64,000 nucleotides of DNA from contig CBFICI010000001.1 in NCBI GenBank assembly GCA_965661125.1, positions 344,850 to 408,849 of the forward strand, written 5' to 3'. This DNA comes from Pseudomonadales bacterium. Lineage in GTDB: Bacteria > Pseudomonadota > Gammaproteobacteria > Pseudomonadales > GM7GCV1. Below are positions 1-8,853 of the stretch, in pieces (the stretch's first letter is position 1; each line of letters opens with the position of its first letter). Both the position numbers and the translations under genes were made by a program. The notes below the pieces were generated by a model. It ran no database searches. It was not told where the DNA came from and saw nothing but the letters and a program-made list of their open reading frames with translations.

Positions 1-190
1 TCATCTCTTCAATGGCCAGGTCGACCATTTCCGTTACCAGTCGCTCCTTGTCGCGGTAGTGCAGGGCCATCGACATGGCCATGCCGGACGCCTTCTTTTC
101 AGCGGCGGCGTGGTCATTGAGAAAGGTGTTGAAGTCGCTCAGTACAGCCTCTACCCACTCTTGCGGAGTACGGGCAATCAGTTGCGGCAT
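1..190 (-). CDS. MiaE-like ferritin-fold (di-iron hydroxylase family) protein; only the N-terminal 63 codons are present because the gene runs off the window
   Basis: Hand translation from ATG 190-188 gives MPQLIARTPQEWVEAVLSDFNTFLNDHAAAEKKASGMAMSMALHYRDKERLVTEMVDLAIEEM. The DHxxxExKA motif resembles the tRNA hydroxylase MiaE family. The start overlaps the stop of the upstream VOC gene (TGATG). Confidence 0.3.
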   Translation of the reverse strand, partial: MPQLIARTPQEWVEAVLSDFNTFLNDHAAAEKKASGMAMSMALHYRDKERLVTEMVDLAIEEM

Positions 191-735
191 CAGGGGGCGT
201 TTTCGAACAGGTCGTTTTCTTTGACAAACTCGAACAGTTCGAGCGAGATATTCCCGGGCCCGCGTACAAAAATCATGCGGTGTTCGCCGTTTTCCGAGGT
301 GATGTAGCCGCCCACGCTGGGGTCGGGAGCTTCGCGCAGTATTTCGTAGCCCTCATCCTGCAGCCTTTGCTTCATGGCCTGGGTGTCTTCCACTCGTATG
401 GCAATGTGAGGCAAACCTTCCACCCGGCCAACCGGGTGCAGTGGCGCATCGGGGGCGTCCAGCACACTGCTGTCACTGAGAATCTCCATGTAGTTGCCCA
501 TGGTGTCGCCCAGCATCACGCGTTCGCCACCGGTGGCGCGTTTGGCGTGGCTTAGCACGGAGAAGTCCATTATTTGCGTGTAGAAGTGCAGGGCTTGGTC
601 GATATCCTGCACCCAGAAGCCAACGTGATACAGGCTGGAAGCGGGGTTGTCTTGAGCCATGGCATGGGTTCCTGCAAGTTGAAAGCACAATAGCGCAGCT
701 AAACTGGTAGCGCGAAAGGGTTTGAATCGCAGCAA
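190..735 (-). CDS. VOC (glyoxalase/bleomycin-resistance/dioxygenase) family protein, possibly exported
   Basis: This lies within ORF 190..813. The paired VOC-like modules are YHVGFWVQDIDQALHFY and HIAIRVEDTQAMKQRL. An in-frame TTG at 735 gives MLRFKPFRATSLAALLCFQLAGTHAMA-QD, which looks like a Sec signal with an AxA site. ATG at 660 is the alternative start. Confidence 0.6.
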   Translation of the reverse strand: MLRFKPFRATSLAALLCFQLAGTHAMAQDNPASSLYHVGFWVQDIDQALHFYTQIMDFSVLSHAKRATGGERVMLGDTMGNYMEILSDSSVLDAPDAPLHPVGRVEGLPHIAIRVEDTQAMKQRLQDEGYEILREAPDPSVGGYITSENGEHRMIFVRGPGNISLELFEFVKENDLFENAP

Positions 736-809
736 TGGGCTTTCCTGTGGTACGAAGAAGGGGGGCCAGTTTAGATTCAGAAGTAGCGGCGGGGCAAGCC
801 GCGGCTGCT

Positions 810-1543
810 TCAACTGGCGTCTGGCAGAGCCGCCCAGTGTTCGAGCGCAACCACAATGGCCTCCGGGTTCGTCCGGGCAGAGCCCAGCCCCAGTTCAGCA
901 GCCAAGCGGTTCATGTGATGGCGCACGGCGCGCAACGGAATGTGCAAGCGCGATGCGACCTGCCTGGCAGTAAGGCCGTCTCGCAACATTTGGCCAATTT
1001 CCAGTTGCCTGGCGGAAATGTCCGGGCTGGAGCGAAACCAGTCGCGGTCAATCAGTCGGGCAAGGTAGGGCGCCAGCTGTTCGATGAAATCCTGTTGGGC
1101 CGATGTCAGTTGTGGGGTAGGGCTGGCCAGGCGAACCACCAGAAATTTGTCGTTGCTTCGCGAGGAAGAATTGATGAAGCAGGCTCCGCTGCGGATGCCG
1201 TAGCGCTCCTGCATACGCCAATGCTGGCTGGACGGGTTTGGCTGCTGGTAGGTGCTCCAATGGCATTCGCCACCACGCATCAATGCCTCTCGTATTAATG
1301 GGTCTTTCCCCAGCATATTGGCGGCTCGGTATTCCATGCACAGCGGCAGGTAGCAGCCAAATCCCATGTAACGCCGCTGAGTGGAATCTCGCCCCGGTGC
1401 AGTACCCTTTGTAGCAGAACCCCCGTGATGTCGAGATGCTTACGCATGCGGTCACACAGCACAGCAATATCCGCCGAATCCGCTGCAAAATGCAGGTTCG
1501 CGATCATGGTAATCATGTCTGTCGATTCGGTTCGGCTGAGCAT
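810..1543 (-). pseudogene. LuxR-family receptor (autoinducer-binding domain plus LuxR HTH) with a broken reading frame
   Basis: The N-terminus is in ORF 1295..1543. A GFCYKGY motif lies in the frame of ORF 1048..1488. The rest, from GCYLPLCMEYRAANMLGKDPL through the ligand-binding core to the C-terminal HTH LTARQVASRLHIPLRAVRHHMNRLAAELG, is in ORF 810..1367. A G5/C5 run sits at 1420-1424. Confidence 0.55.
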
Positions 1544-1711
1544 TTGTTCGATATGACACTAAAAGTGAGACCTACAAGATAAAACGCAAACACCACGCTT
1601 GTAAATTTTATGGTGTGATGGTTAGCTAGACTCGCCTCAGAGAAGGGATCCTGGGGCAAAGGGATTGCCGATTGCCAACGGACTAGCGACAAATCAGCGT
1701 TGTAAGGATCA

Positions 1712-1897
1712 ATGGAAGCTAAAGATTCAACTGTCGAAGTGCTTTTTGTCGATGACGAAGAGCACACACTCAAATACTTATCCCGCGCATTCTCTGATGC
1801 ATGCAGGCTCAGGCTTGCTGCTAATGTGGACGAGGCCATTGAAATTCTCGAATCGTCTCGCGACGTTGGGGTGGCGTTTTTAGGTCAACAGAAATAA
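1712..1897 (+). pseudogene. Response-regulator receiver-domain fragment (about the first half of a REC domain)
   Basis: The 61-aa ORF MEAKDSTVEVLFVDDEEHTLKYLSRAFSDACRLRLAANVDEAIEILESSRDVGVAFLGQQK has the REC beta1-alpha1-beta2-alpha2-beta3 pattern. It stops where the phospho-acceptor Asp strand should follow, and the abgT-family gene starts 20 nt later. Confidence 0.45.
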
Positions 1898-1916
1898 ATC
1901 AGGTGAGGTAACCCAA

Positions 1917-3446
1917 GTGACCCAATCCAAACCGGGAGCGGTTGACCGCTTTCTCAACGCCATTGAAACCGCCGGCAACAAACTGCCCGACCCGGTAAGC
2001 CTGTTCCTGATTTTTATCGCCATTACCCTGTTGTTGTCCCTGGTGCTTTCTTTGCTGGGTTTGGCAGTAACTCACCCGGTGAGTAGCGAAACCGTATCGG
2101 TAAATAACCTGCTCACTGCCCAGTACATTCAGCGCCTGCTGGTGGAAATGCCGCAAACCTTTGCCGGTTTTCCACCGCTGGGTACGGTACTTGTGGCCAT
2201 GCTGGGCATCGGGGTGGCGGAAAAGAGTGGCTGGATTTCGGCACTGTTGCGGCAGTTTGTGGCTGGTCTTCACAGCCGGGCGCTTGCGCCTGCCATGGTG
2301 TTCGCTGGCATCATGTCCAGCCTGGCGGCTGACGCGGGTTACGTGGTACTTATTCCATTGGGTGCGCTGGTATTCGCCAACGCCGGGCGGCATCCCATTG
2401 CCGGCCTATGTGCAACCTTTGCGGGCGTGTCCGCCGGATTTAGCGCCAACCTGGTGTTAACTTCACTTGACCCCTTGCTGGCCGGTATCACCCAGTCGGC
2501 GGCCAATATTCTGGATAGCGGCTATCAGGTCAATGCGGCTGCAAACTATTTTCTGATGATTGGCATGGTGCCAGTTTTAACAATGGCTGGTGCCTTGGTA
2601 ACCGAGCGCGTTATTGAGCCGCGCCTTGGCAGTTGGGCTTCCGACCAAAGGGAAGCCGATTCCGGCCTGTCGGATGTCGAGCGCAAAGCGCTGCGGATTG
2701 CGAACTGGACGGCTCTTGGTGCTTTGGTGCTTATTGCCCTGATGGCGGTGCCGGAAAACGGCATCCTGCGAGGAGTAGATGGTGATTTGAACCCCTTCTA
2801 CGGCTCGCTGGTTTCACTGATGCTTTTGGTGTTTCTGGTTCCGGGCATTGCTTATGGTGTGGTGGCTGGCTCCATTAAGAGCGATCGCGATGCGGTGGGT
2901 ATGACAGCTGATTCCATGTCTGACATGGGGCTGTATATCGTGCTGGCCTTTGTTGCAGCCCACTTTATTGCGCTGTTCAGCTGGTCGAATCTGGGCATAA
3001 TTATGGCGATCAGCGGGGCCCAATTCCTGGGCGGCATAAACCTCGGCGGCCCGCTGCTGATTCTGATATTTATTTTGCTGGTTGGCCTGATTAACCTCTT
3101 TGTTGGCAGTGCGTCTGCCAAATGGGCCTTGCTGGGGCCAGTGTTTGTTCCCATGCTGATGCTACTGGGTTATTCGCCCGAGCTAAGCCAGGCGGCCTAT
3201 CGGGTGGGTGACAGCTTCAGCAATATCATCACTCCACTGATGCCATATTTCCCGCTTATTCTGGTGTATGGCCGCAAATATATGCCGGAGTTTGGGGTGG
3301 GTAATCTGATTGCCCTGATGTTGCCCTATTCGATAGCGCTGGGCATCGCTTCAACCACTCTGTTGGTAATCTGGATGCTGATTGGCATGCCACTGGGCCC
3401 GGAAGCGGGGCTGTACTTCGAGATGCCAGCTTCTGCGGTGCCATAA
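1917..3446 (+). CDS. AbgT-family (p-aminobenzoyl-glutamate type) transporter
   Basis: This is a 509-aa polytopic membrane ORF with a GTG start. The N-terminus FLNAIETAGNKLPDPVSLFLIF and the overall length are typical of the AbgT/MtrF family. Confidence 0.8.
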   Translation: MTQSKPGAVDRFLNAIETAGNKLPDPVSLFLIFIAITLLLSLVLSLLGLAVTHPVSSETVSVNNLLTAQYIQRLLVEMPQTFAGFPPLGTVLVAMLGIGVAEKSGWISALLRQFVAGLHSRALAPAMVFAGIMSSLAADAGYVVLIPLGALVFANAGRHPIAGLCATFAGVSAGFSANLVLTSLDPLLAGITQSAANILDSGYQVNAAANYFLMIGMVPVLTMAGALVTERVIEPRLGSWASDQREADSGLSDVERKALRIANWTALGALVLIALMAVPENGILRGVDGDLNPFYGSLVSLMLLVFLVPGIAYGVVAGSIKSDRDAVGMTADSMSDMGLYIVLAFVAAHFIALFSWSNLGIIMAISGAQFLGGINLGGPLLILIFILLVGLINLFVGSASAKWALLGPVFVPMLMLLGYSPELSQAAYRVGDSFSNIITPLMPYFPLILVYGRKYMPEFGVGNLIALMLPYSIALGIASTTLLVIWMLIGMPLGPEAGLYFEMPASAVP

Positions 3447-3509
3447 GCGCGTATTTTCGTTGTAGCTTGAATTTCTTCACATCTACTACGCTAGCTGGTT
3501 CAAACTCCC

Positions 3510-3672
3510 GTCATCCTGATGTCGTCATCCCGAGAAAGATCCTTCGCTTCGCTCAGGACGACAGGGACGTGTTGAACGTCATCCCGAGAAAGATCCTTCG
3601 CTTCGCTCAGGACGACAGGGACGTGTTGAACGTCATCCTGAGGTCGTCATCCTGAGCGAAGCGAAGGACCTC
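3510..3672. repeat. Intergenic repeat cluster: a perfect 54-bp tandem duplication flanked by GTCATCCTGA motifs, plus an inverted partial copy
   Basis: 3524-3577 and 3578-3631 are identical (gtcatcccgagaaagatccttcgcttcgctcaggacgacagggacgtgttgaac). The 19-nt tccttcgcttcgctcagga (3594-3612) is the reverse complement of 3650-3668. Confidence 0.85.
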
Positions 3673-3825
3673 CTGCCGCAAGCGCCTCGGCCTTCGCCCC
3701 AGCTCGTTTCACTCGCTGTTCAAAATCGCTTCGCAATTTTGTCGAACTCGGGAGTTCTCATCTCTTGCAAACAGCAGAGCACCAGCTCGGCATCGAGAGA
3801 AGTTCAGTTTAGGTGGTGAGAAAAA

Positions 3826-3902
3826 TGGTCGGGGTAGAGAGATTCGAACTCCCGACATCCTGCTCCCAAAGCAGGCGCGCTACCAGACTGCGCTATACCC
3901 CG
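3826..3902 (-). tRNA. tRNA-Pro (anticodon TGG)
   Basis: The reverse complement CGGGGTATAGCGCAGTCTGGTAGCGCGCCTGCTTTGGGAGCAGGATGTCGGGAGTTCGAATCTCTCTACCCCGACCA folds as a cloverleaf. The anticodon loop is TTTGGGA and CCA is encoded. Confidence 0.9.
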
Positions 3903-3925
3903 ACATGCTTGATTAAGCGGGCGAG

Positions 3926-3954
3926 ATCATACTTGCCGGTCGGCAGGTGGTCAA
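3926..3954 (-). promoter_or_regulatory. Putative sigma70 promoter of tRNA-Pro(TGG)
   Basis: The minus strand reads TTGACC-17 nt-TATGAT followed by a GC-rich discriminator (ctcgcccgc). It lies about 24 nt upstream of the tRNA 5' end. Confidence 0.4.
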
Positions 3955-4275
3955 TCGGATGACTCCTATTTATCACTGGTACGGATTCGCTGCCTAGCGG
4001 TTTTTGCATGGATAGGGGTCCCTGTAGGGAAATTGAAAGCCTGAAACTCGGCCTTGGAGCTGCCGAGACGCACAGCAAAAAGCCCGATCAGCGTCGGAGG
4101 TGTCTGAGCGCGGTACGTTTTGCGCGCAAGCGAGTTCGCCGGCGCCAGGCTTTTTCTGGCATCGCAGGGAAGCCGCAGGCCAGCGGAACCGTTTCGGTTT
4201 CGGGCTTTCGATTTTCATGTATTGGTTGGCGCTCTGAAAGCGACCGATGCACAACAAATCCGAACAAAATCCGGT

Positions 4276-4304
4276 TTGCCCTGATGGCTTCTTCGGCATA
4301 CAAT
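4276..4304 (+). promoter_or_regulatory. Putative sigma70 promoter of the tRNA-Arg/His cluster
   Basis: The sequence is TTGCCC-17 nt-TACAAT followed by a GC-rich discriminator (tcgcgccc). It lies about 50 nt upstream of tRNA-Arg. Confidence 0.4.
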
Positions 4305-4353
4305 TCGCGCCCTCCATTGAAGCCCGCCGGGGCGGCTTGGAACAACGTATCGG

Positions 4354-4430
4354 GCGCCCGTAGCTCAACTGGATAGAGCAACGGCCTTCTAAGCCGTAGG
4401 TTGTAGGTTCGAGCCCTACCGGGCGCGCCA
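4354..4430 (+). tRNA. tRNA-Arg (anticodon TCT)
   Basis: The acceptor stem pairs GCGCCCG with CGGGCGC. The anticodon stem is acggc/gccgt with loop CTTCTAA. The T-loop is GGTTCGAGCC and CCA is encoded. Confidence 0.9.
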
Positions 4431-4450
4431 AGCCCGGCAAACAGAATAAT

Positions 4451-4527
4451 GGTGGCTGTAGCTCAGTTGGTAGAGCACAGGATTGTGATTCCTGATGTCG
4501 CGGGTTCAATCCCCGTCAGCCACCCCA
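4451..4527 (+). tRNA. tRNA-His (anticodon GTG)
   Basis: An extra 5' G(-1) precedes GTGGCTG. The anticodon loop is TTGTGAT and the 3' end is cagccacCCCA. Confidence 0.9.
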
Positions 4528-4562
4528 TTTTTTTAATTCCGCAAATCTCCAAGGTGCCATGG

Positions 4563-5210
4563 ATGTGCTGCCCGCTTTGCCAGTCCAGTCAGACATATCG
4601 CTTTCATTTGGACAACAGCAGGGAATATCTGCGTTGTCGGCGTTGCGAACTAGTATTCGTACCCAAAAGTTTTCATCTCGATGCCACAAGCGAACGTGCC
4701 TATTACGGCCTGCATCAAAACTCTCCACAGGACGAAGGCTACCGCCGCTTTCTTAACCGCCTGGCTGGCCCCCTGTCGAAACACCTCGAAACGCAAAGCG
4801 AAGGATTGGATTTTGGCTGTGGTCCGGGGCCCACTTTGTCGGTAATGCTGGAAGAGATGGGGCACAGGGTATCCCTATACGACCCTTTTTTTGCTGATCA
4901 TCCTGAGGTGCTTGAGCGCTGCTACGATTTCGTTACCTGCACCGAGGTGCTGGAGCATCTGGCCAGCCCCTATAAGGTGCTGTGCAAGTTGCGCAGCCTG
5001 ATTCGTCCAGGCGGCTATCTGGGTATTATGACCAAGCGCACTCCGCCGGCAGAGCAATTTGGCAGCTGGCACTATATTAAAGATCCCACGCACGTTTGCT
5101 TCTGGAGTGATGCCACATTTATCTGGCTGGCTAACCAGATGGGGTTTGGCTCGCCCGACTTCATATCAGGAGACACCCTGATCCTTCGCGTACCGCACCT
5201 TCAGGGCTAA
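4563..5210 (+). CDS. Class I SAM-dependent methyltransferase with an N-terminal CxxC...CxxC zinc ribbon
   Basis: The ORF track frame 4449..5210 was trimmed to ATG 4563 because its upstream part is tRNA-His. The protein starts MCCPLCQSS...CRRCELVF. The SAM motif I is LDFGCGPG and a later motif is IRPGGYLGI. The SD AAGGTG lies 6 nt upstream. Confidence 0.7.
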   Translation: MCCPLCQSSQTYRFHLDNSREYLRCRRCELVFVPKSFHLDATSERAYYGLHQNSPQDEGYRRFLNRLAGPLSKHLETQSEGLDFGCGPGPTLSVMLEEMGHRVSLYDPFFADHPEVLERCYDFVTCTEVLEHLASPYKVLCKLRSLIRPGGYLGIMTKRTPPAEQFGSWHYIKDPTHVCFWSDATFIWLANQMGFGSPDFISGDTLILRVPHLQG

Positions 5211-5222
5211 AGTTTAAACAGC

Positions 5223-5251
5223 ATTGAGAGCGGCGCTGCACTGTGGCAAAA
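5223..5251 (+). promoter_or_regulatory. Possible sigma70 promoter of tRNA-Leu
   Basis: The sequence is TTGAGA-17 nt-CAAAAT followed by a GC-rich discriminator (cgcgcccc). Confidence 0.3.
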
Positions 5252-5298
5252 TCGCGCCCCTTCGCCCGACCGTGGGCGATCTATTACCAGGCAATATT

Positions 5299-5383
5299 GC
5301 GAAAGTGGCGGAACTGGTAGACGCGCTGGATTTAGGTTCCAGTGGGGCAACCCGTGAGAGTTCGAGTCTCTCCTTTCGCACCA
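5299..5383 (+). tRNA. tRNA-Leu (anticodon TAG), class II with a long variable arm
   Basis: The acceptor stem pairs GCGAAAG with CTTTCGC. The anticodon stem is ctgga/tccag with loop TTTAGGT. CCA is encoded and the length is 85 nt. Confidence 0.9.
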
Positions 5384-5445
5384 GGTTTCTGAAGCAGAGC
5401 CGGCAGGCCTGCTTAACACACAGTGAAGACTACCGAGGATCCCAG

Positions 5446-6759
5446 ATGAAGGTCTCCGTAACCGAAGCCGACGGCCTTGAGCGCCGAATGACGGTTGAAA
5501 TTCCAGCAGAACAAATTGAAACCGAGGTGGAGAAGCGCTTAAAGGACGCTGCCAAACGCGTCAAGATAGACGGCTTCCGCTCTGGCAAGGCCCCCATGAA
5601 CGTGGTTCGGCAGCGCTACGGGGTAGGCGTGCGCCAGGAAGTACTGGGAGAACTGATTAACAAAACCTACGGCGAAGCTTTGCAGCGCGAAGAAATCAGT
5701 CCTGCAGGTCAGCCCACCATTGAACCGGCGGAAGGCGGCGACACGGGCGAGGGCGGCTTTTCATACACCGCGGTGTTCGAGGTGTACCCCGAAGTAACCC
5801 TGGCGCCATTCAAAAAACTGAAAATCGAGCAAACCACGGCCAGCGTCAGTGAAGAAGACGTGCAGGAGATGATTCAAAGCCTGCGCGATCAGAACGCCGA
5901 ATGGAAAGAAGTCGATCGAGCTTGCGCTGAAGGCGACCAGGTGGAAGTTGATTTCCTGGGCAAGCTTGATGGCGAACCCTTCGAGGGTGGCTCGGCAGAA
6001 AAGCAAAATCTTGAGCTGGGCAGTGGTCGTATGATCCCGGGCTTCGAAGACGGCATTGTTGGAATGAAAGCCGGCGAGGACAAAACCATCAAGGTAAGCT
6101 TCCCGGAAGACTACCAGGCCGAGCACCTGGCCGGTAAAGAAGCCGAGTTCGATATTCACCTGCACGCTGTAAAAGAGAAAGAGCAGGCCGAGCTGAATGA
6201 CGAGTTCTTCGCAAAATTTGGCGTGGAAGAGGGCGGAATAGACGCCTTCACCGCCGAAGTGAAGAAGAATATGGAGCGAGAGCTCGAAGGATCACTCGAG
6301 CAGCTGAACAAATCAGCGGTAATGGAACAACTGGCGGAGGCCAATGAACTGCAGGTTCCCTCGGCACTGGTTAAAGACGAGTTGCAGCGCCTGAAGCAGG
6401 AAATGCTGCAGCAGTATGGCCAGGGTCAGGATATTGACCTGTCCAACATTCCCGACGACCCCTTCGCCGAAAATGCTGAAAAGCGCGTGCGCCTGGGGCT
6501 GCTGGTTTCTGAAGTGATCAAAACTTCTTCACTGGCTGCGGATGAGGATGCCGTGAAAGCAGAAATCTCTCGTATTGCTTCAACCTACGAACAGTCGGAA
6601 GAGGTCGAGAACTACTACCTGCAAAACAAGGAAATGCTGCAGGGCGTGCAAATGAAGGTACTGGAAGATCAGGTTGTGGCTCATATTCTTGAGCAGGCCA
6701 AGGTTTCCGATGCCAGCAAGAGCTACAAAGAAGTAATGGCCAGCAGGAGTGCCGGCTAA
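5446..6759 (+). CDS. tig: Trigger factor
   Basis: The start [25 protein letters not shown], the FKBP-type middle domain ([14 protein letters not shown]) and the position upstream of clpPX-lon all match. The ORF track frame was trimmed to ATG 5446. Confidence 0.95.
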   Translation: MKVSVTEADGLERRMTVEIPAEQIETEVEKRLKDAAKRVKIDGFRSGKAPMNVVRQRYGVGVRQEVLGELINKTYGEALQREEISPAGQPTIEPAEGGDTGEGGFSYTAVFEVYPEVTLAPFKKLKIEQTTASVSEEDVQEMIQSLRDQNAEWKEVDRACAEGDQVEVDFLGKLDGEPFEGGSAEKQNLELGSGRMIPGFEDGIVGMKAGEDKTIKVSFPEDYQAEHLAGKEAEFDIHLHAVKEKEQAELNDEFFAKFGVEEGGIDAFTAEVKKNMERELEGSLEQLNKSAVMEQLAEANELQVPSALVKDELQRLKQEMLQQYGQGQDIDLSNIPDDPFAENAEKRVRLGLLVSEVIKTSSLAADEDAVKAEISRIASTYEQSEEVENYYLQNKEMLQGVQMKVLEDQVVAHILEQAKVSDASKSYKEVMASRSAG

Positions 6760-6806
6760 GGGCTTCGTGCCATAATGCAGGCATAAACCAGTTTTCGGAG
6801 GCGTTG

Positions 6807-7418
6807 ATGGGATCGGATGATTTAAGTCCAAAGGGGTTGGGGCTTGTCCCAATTGTTGTCGAGCAGTCTGCGCGCGGCGAGCGCTCCTACGACATATACT
6901 CTCGCCTGTTGCGAGAGCGGGTTATTTTCCTGGTGGGCCCGGTGGATGACCACACGGCCAACCTGGTAGTGGCGCAGCTTCTGTTCCTGGAAGCGGAAAA
7001 CCCCGACAAGGACGTACATCTGTACATCAACAGCCCCGGTGGCTCGGTTACCGCGGGCATGTCGATCTACGACACCATGCAGTTCATCAAGCCGGACGTC
7101 AGTACCATGTGCATTGGCCAAGCCTGCAGTATGGGCGCGTTCCTGCTAACCGCAGGCACGGCGGGGAAACGCTTTTGCTTGCCAAACTCCCGCACTATGA
7201 TTCACCAGCCAAGCGGCGGTGCGCAGGGCCAGGCTTCGGATATTCAAATCCAGGCCCAGGAAATTCTGAAAATGCGCGCGCGGCTGAACGAACTAATGGC
7301 CGGTCATACCGGCCAACCGCTGGAAACCATCGAGCGGGATACCGAGCGTGACACCTTCATGAGCGCTGAGGAATCCAAGGCCTACGGGCTTATCGATGAG
7401 GTAATAGAGCGTCGTTAA
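6807..7418 (+). CDS. clpP: ATP-dependent Clp protease proteolytic subunit
   Basis: [30 protein letters not shown] and the GQACSMGAF catalytic Ser motif are present. ATG 6807 lies 6 nt after GGAGG. Confidence 0.95.
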   Translation: MGSDDLSPKGLGLVPIVVEQSARGERSYDIYSRLLRERVIFLVGPVDDHTANLVVAQLLFLEAENPDKDVHLYINSPGGSVTAGMSIYDTMQFIKPDVSTMCIGQACSMGAFLLTAGTAGKRFCLPNSRTMIHQPSGGAQGQASDIQIQAQEILKMRARLNELMAGHTGQPLETIERDTERDTFMSAEESKAYGLIDEVIERR

Positions 7419-7488
7419 CGCTTTACTCACCGATTTTTATTGGGTAACGTCAAATTGACCAAAGCCCATCCAACCGGAGCCCCTCTAT

Positions 7489-8769
7489 ATGTCCGATAAC
7501 GACCGGAACGGCGAAGACAACAAACTGCTGTATTGCTCTTTCTGTGGCAAAAGCCAGCATGACGTCAAGAAATTGATCGCCGGGCCTTCCGTGTTTATCT
7601 GTGACGAGTGTGTCGACCTGTGCAACGACATCATTCGCGAGGAAATTGAAGAAAGCGCTGCGGAAGAGGGCGAAACCAGTCTGCCTACCCCGCGCGAAAT
7701 TCGCGAAAAGCTCGACGAGTATGTAATTGGTCAGCAACAGGCTAAAAAAGTGCTGTCCGTGGCGGTATACAACCACTACAAACGCCAGCGCTCCCCTGCG
7801 GCGAAAAACCAGGAAAAGGTAGAGCTCAGCAAAAGTAATATCCTGCTGATTGGCCCCACCGGCTGCGGTAAAACCCTGCTGGCTGAAACCCTTGCGCGCT
7901 TGCTTAACGTGCCCTTCACCATTGCCGATGCCACCACCCTGACAGAAGCAGGTTACGTGGGCGAAGACGTTGAAAACATCATTCAGAAGCTTCTGCAGAA
8001 GTGCGATTACGACGTCGAGAAAGCGCAGCAGGGCATTGTGTACATCGATGAGATCGACAAGATTTCACGCAAATCTGACAACCCCAGCATTACCCGCGAT
8101 GTGTCGGGCGAGGGTGTGCAGCAGGCGCTACTGAAACTAATCGAGGGGACCGTGGCGTCGGTACCTCCCCAGGGTGGCCGAAAGCATCCGCAGCAAGAGT
8201 TTTTGCAGGTGGATACCGGCAACATCCTGTTTATCTGTGGCGGCGCCTTTGCCGGTTTGGACAAGGTAATTCGCGATCGAACCGAAAAAAGCGGCATTGG
8301 TTTTTCAGCCCAGGTTCGAAGCAAGGAAGAAAACGCCAGCCTGGGTGAAATGTTCAAGCGGGTCGAGCCCGAAGACCTGATTCACTACGGTCTTATTCCC
8401 GAGTTCATTGGCCGTTTGCCAGTAATCGCCACGCTGGAAGAGCTTTCCGAGCAGGCACTGATCCAAATTCTCACCGAGCCTAAAAACTCGCTGACCCGTC
8501 AGTACGAGTACCTGTTTGACATGGAAGGTGTGGAAATCGATTTTCGCCCGGAGGCGCTTCAAGCCGTTGCGCGCAAAGCGCTCGAACGAAAAACCGGTGC
8601 CCGCGGCCTGCGTTCCATTCTCGAAAACGTGCTTCTCGACACCATGTACCAGATCCCCTCGCTTCCCAGCGTCAGCAAGGTGGTGATTGATGCGTCCGTG
8701 ATTAACGGCGAATCCGACCCCATGCTGGTGTACGAAAGCAGCGAACAGCCCACCGGCTCGGAAGATTAA
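7489..8769 (+). CDS. clpX: ATP-dependent Clp protease ATP-binding subunit ClpX
   Basis: The N-terminal zinc-binding motif is CSFCGKSQ...CDECV. Walker A is GPTGCGKT and the IGF-like loop is present. Confidence 0.95.
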   Translation: MSDNDRNGEDNKLLYCSFCGKSQHDVKKLIAGPSVFICDECVDLCNDIIREEIEESAAEEGETSLPTPREIREKLDEYVIGQQQAKKVLSVAVYNHYKRQRSPAAKNQEKVELSKSNILLIGPTGCGKTLLAETLARLLNVPFTIADATTLTEAGYVGEDVENIIQKLLQKCDYDVEKAQQGIVYIDEIDKISRKSDNPSITRDVSGEGVQQALLKLIEGTVASVPPQGGRKHPQQEFLQVDTGNILFICGGAFAGLDKVIRDRTEKSGIGFSAQVRSKEENASLGEMFKRVEPEDLIHYGLIPEFIGRLPVIATLEELSEQALIQILTEPKNSLTRQYEYLFDMEGVEIDFRPEALQAVARKALERKTGARGLRSILENVLLDTMYQIPSLPSVSKVVIDASVINGESDPMLVYESSEQPTGSED

Positions 8770-8794
8770 TTTCCTGGAATGCGGCCTGGTTCGC

Positions 8795-8822
8795 CTTGCG
8801 AACCTGGGTCGTGTCCCCATAT
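8795..8822 (+). promoter_or_regulatory. Sigma32 (heat-shock) type promoter upstream of lon
   Basis: The sequence CTTGCGAA-12 nt-CCCCATAT fits the RpoH consensus CTTGAAA...CCCCATNT. It lies about 30 nt upstream of the lon ATG. Confidence 0.55.
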
Positions 8823-8853
8823 TTGTCACAAATAGACCGAGAGTTGTATTTGT

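Noticed and set aside
1513-1839. A 108-aa minus-strand ORF lies between the LuxR pseudogene and the transporter.
   Set aside because: It is antisense to the recognisable receiver-domain fragment, has Ser-rich low-complexity sequence, and has no SD.
3524-3631. I considered whether the tandem repeat is a mini CRISPR array.
   Set aside because: There are only two directly adjacent identical 54-mers with no spacers between them and no cas genes anywhere in the window.
3467-3655. A 62-aa ORF (…VIPRKILRFAQDDRDVLNVIPRKILRFAQDDRDVLN…) spans the 54-bp tandem repeat.
   Set aside because: The peptide is simply the translation of a palindromic intergenic repeat. There is no SD and no plausible fold, and the repeat's inverted copy gives the same kind of ORF on the other strand.
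3955-4275. A ~310-bp unassigned spacer lies between the divergent tRNA-Pro and tRNA-Arg promoters, covered by ORFs 3994..4509, 4008..4376 and 4088..4381.
   Set aside because: The ORFs overlap each other and the tRNA genes and have Arg/Pro/Ala-rich junk composition. I found only weak 5-bp hairpins and no convincing RNA structure or promoter/terminator pair. This is probably upstream activating DNA for the two tRNA promoters.
4449-4562. The ORF track shows an N-terminal extension of the methyltransferase ORF (MVAVAQLVEHRIVIPDVAGSIPVSHP…).
   Set aside because: This stretch is the tRNA-His gene read as protein (the classic AQLVEH… tRNA translation). The true start is ATG 4563, which has an SD.
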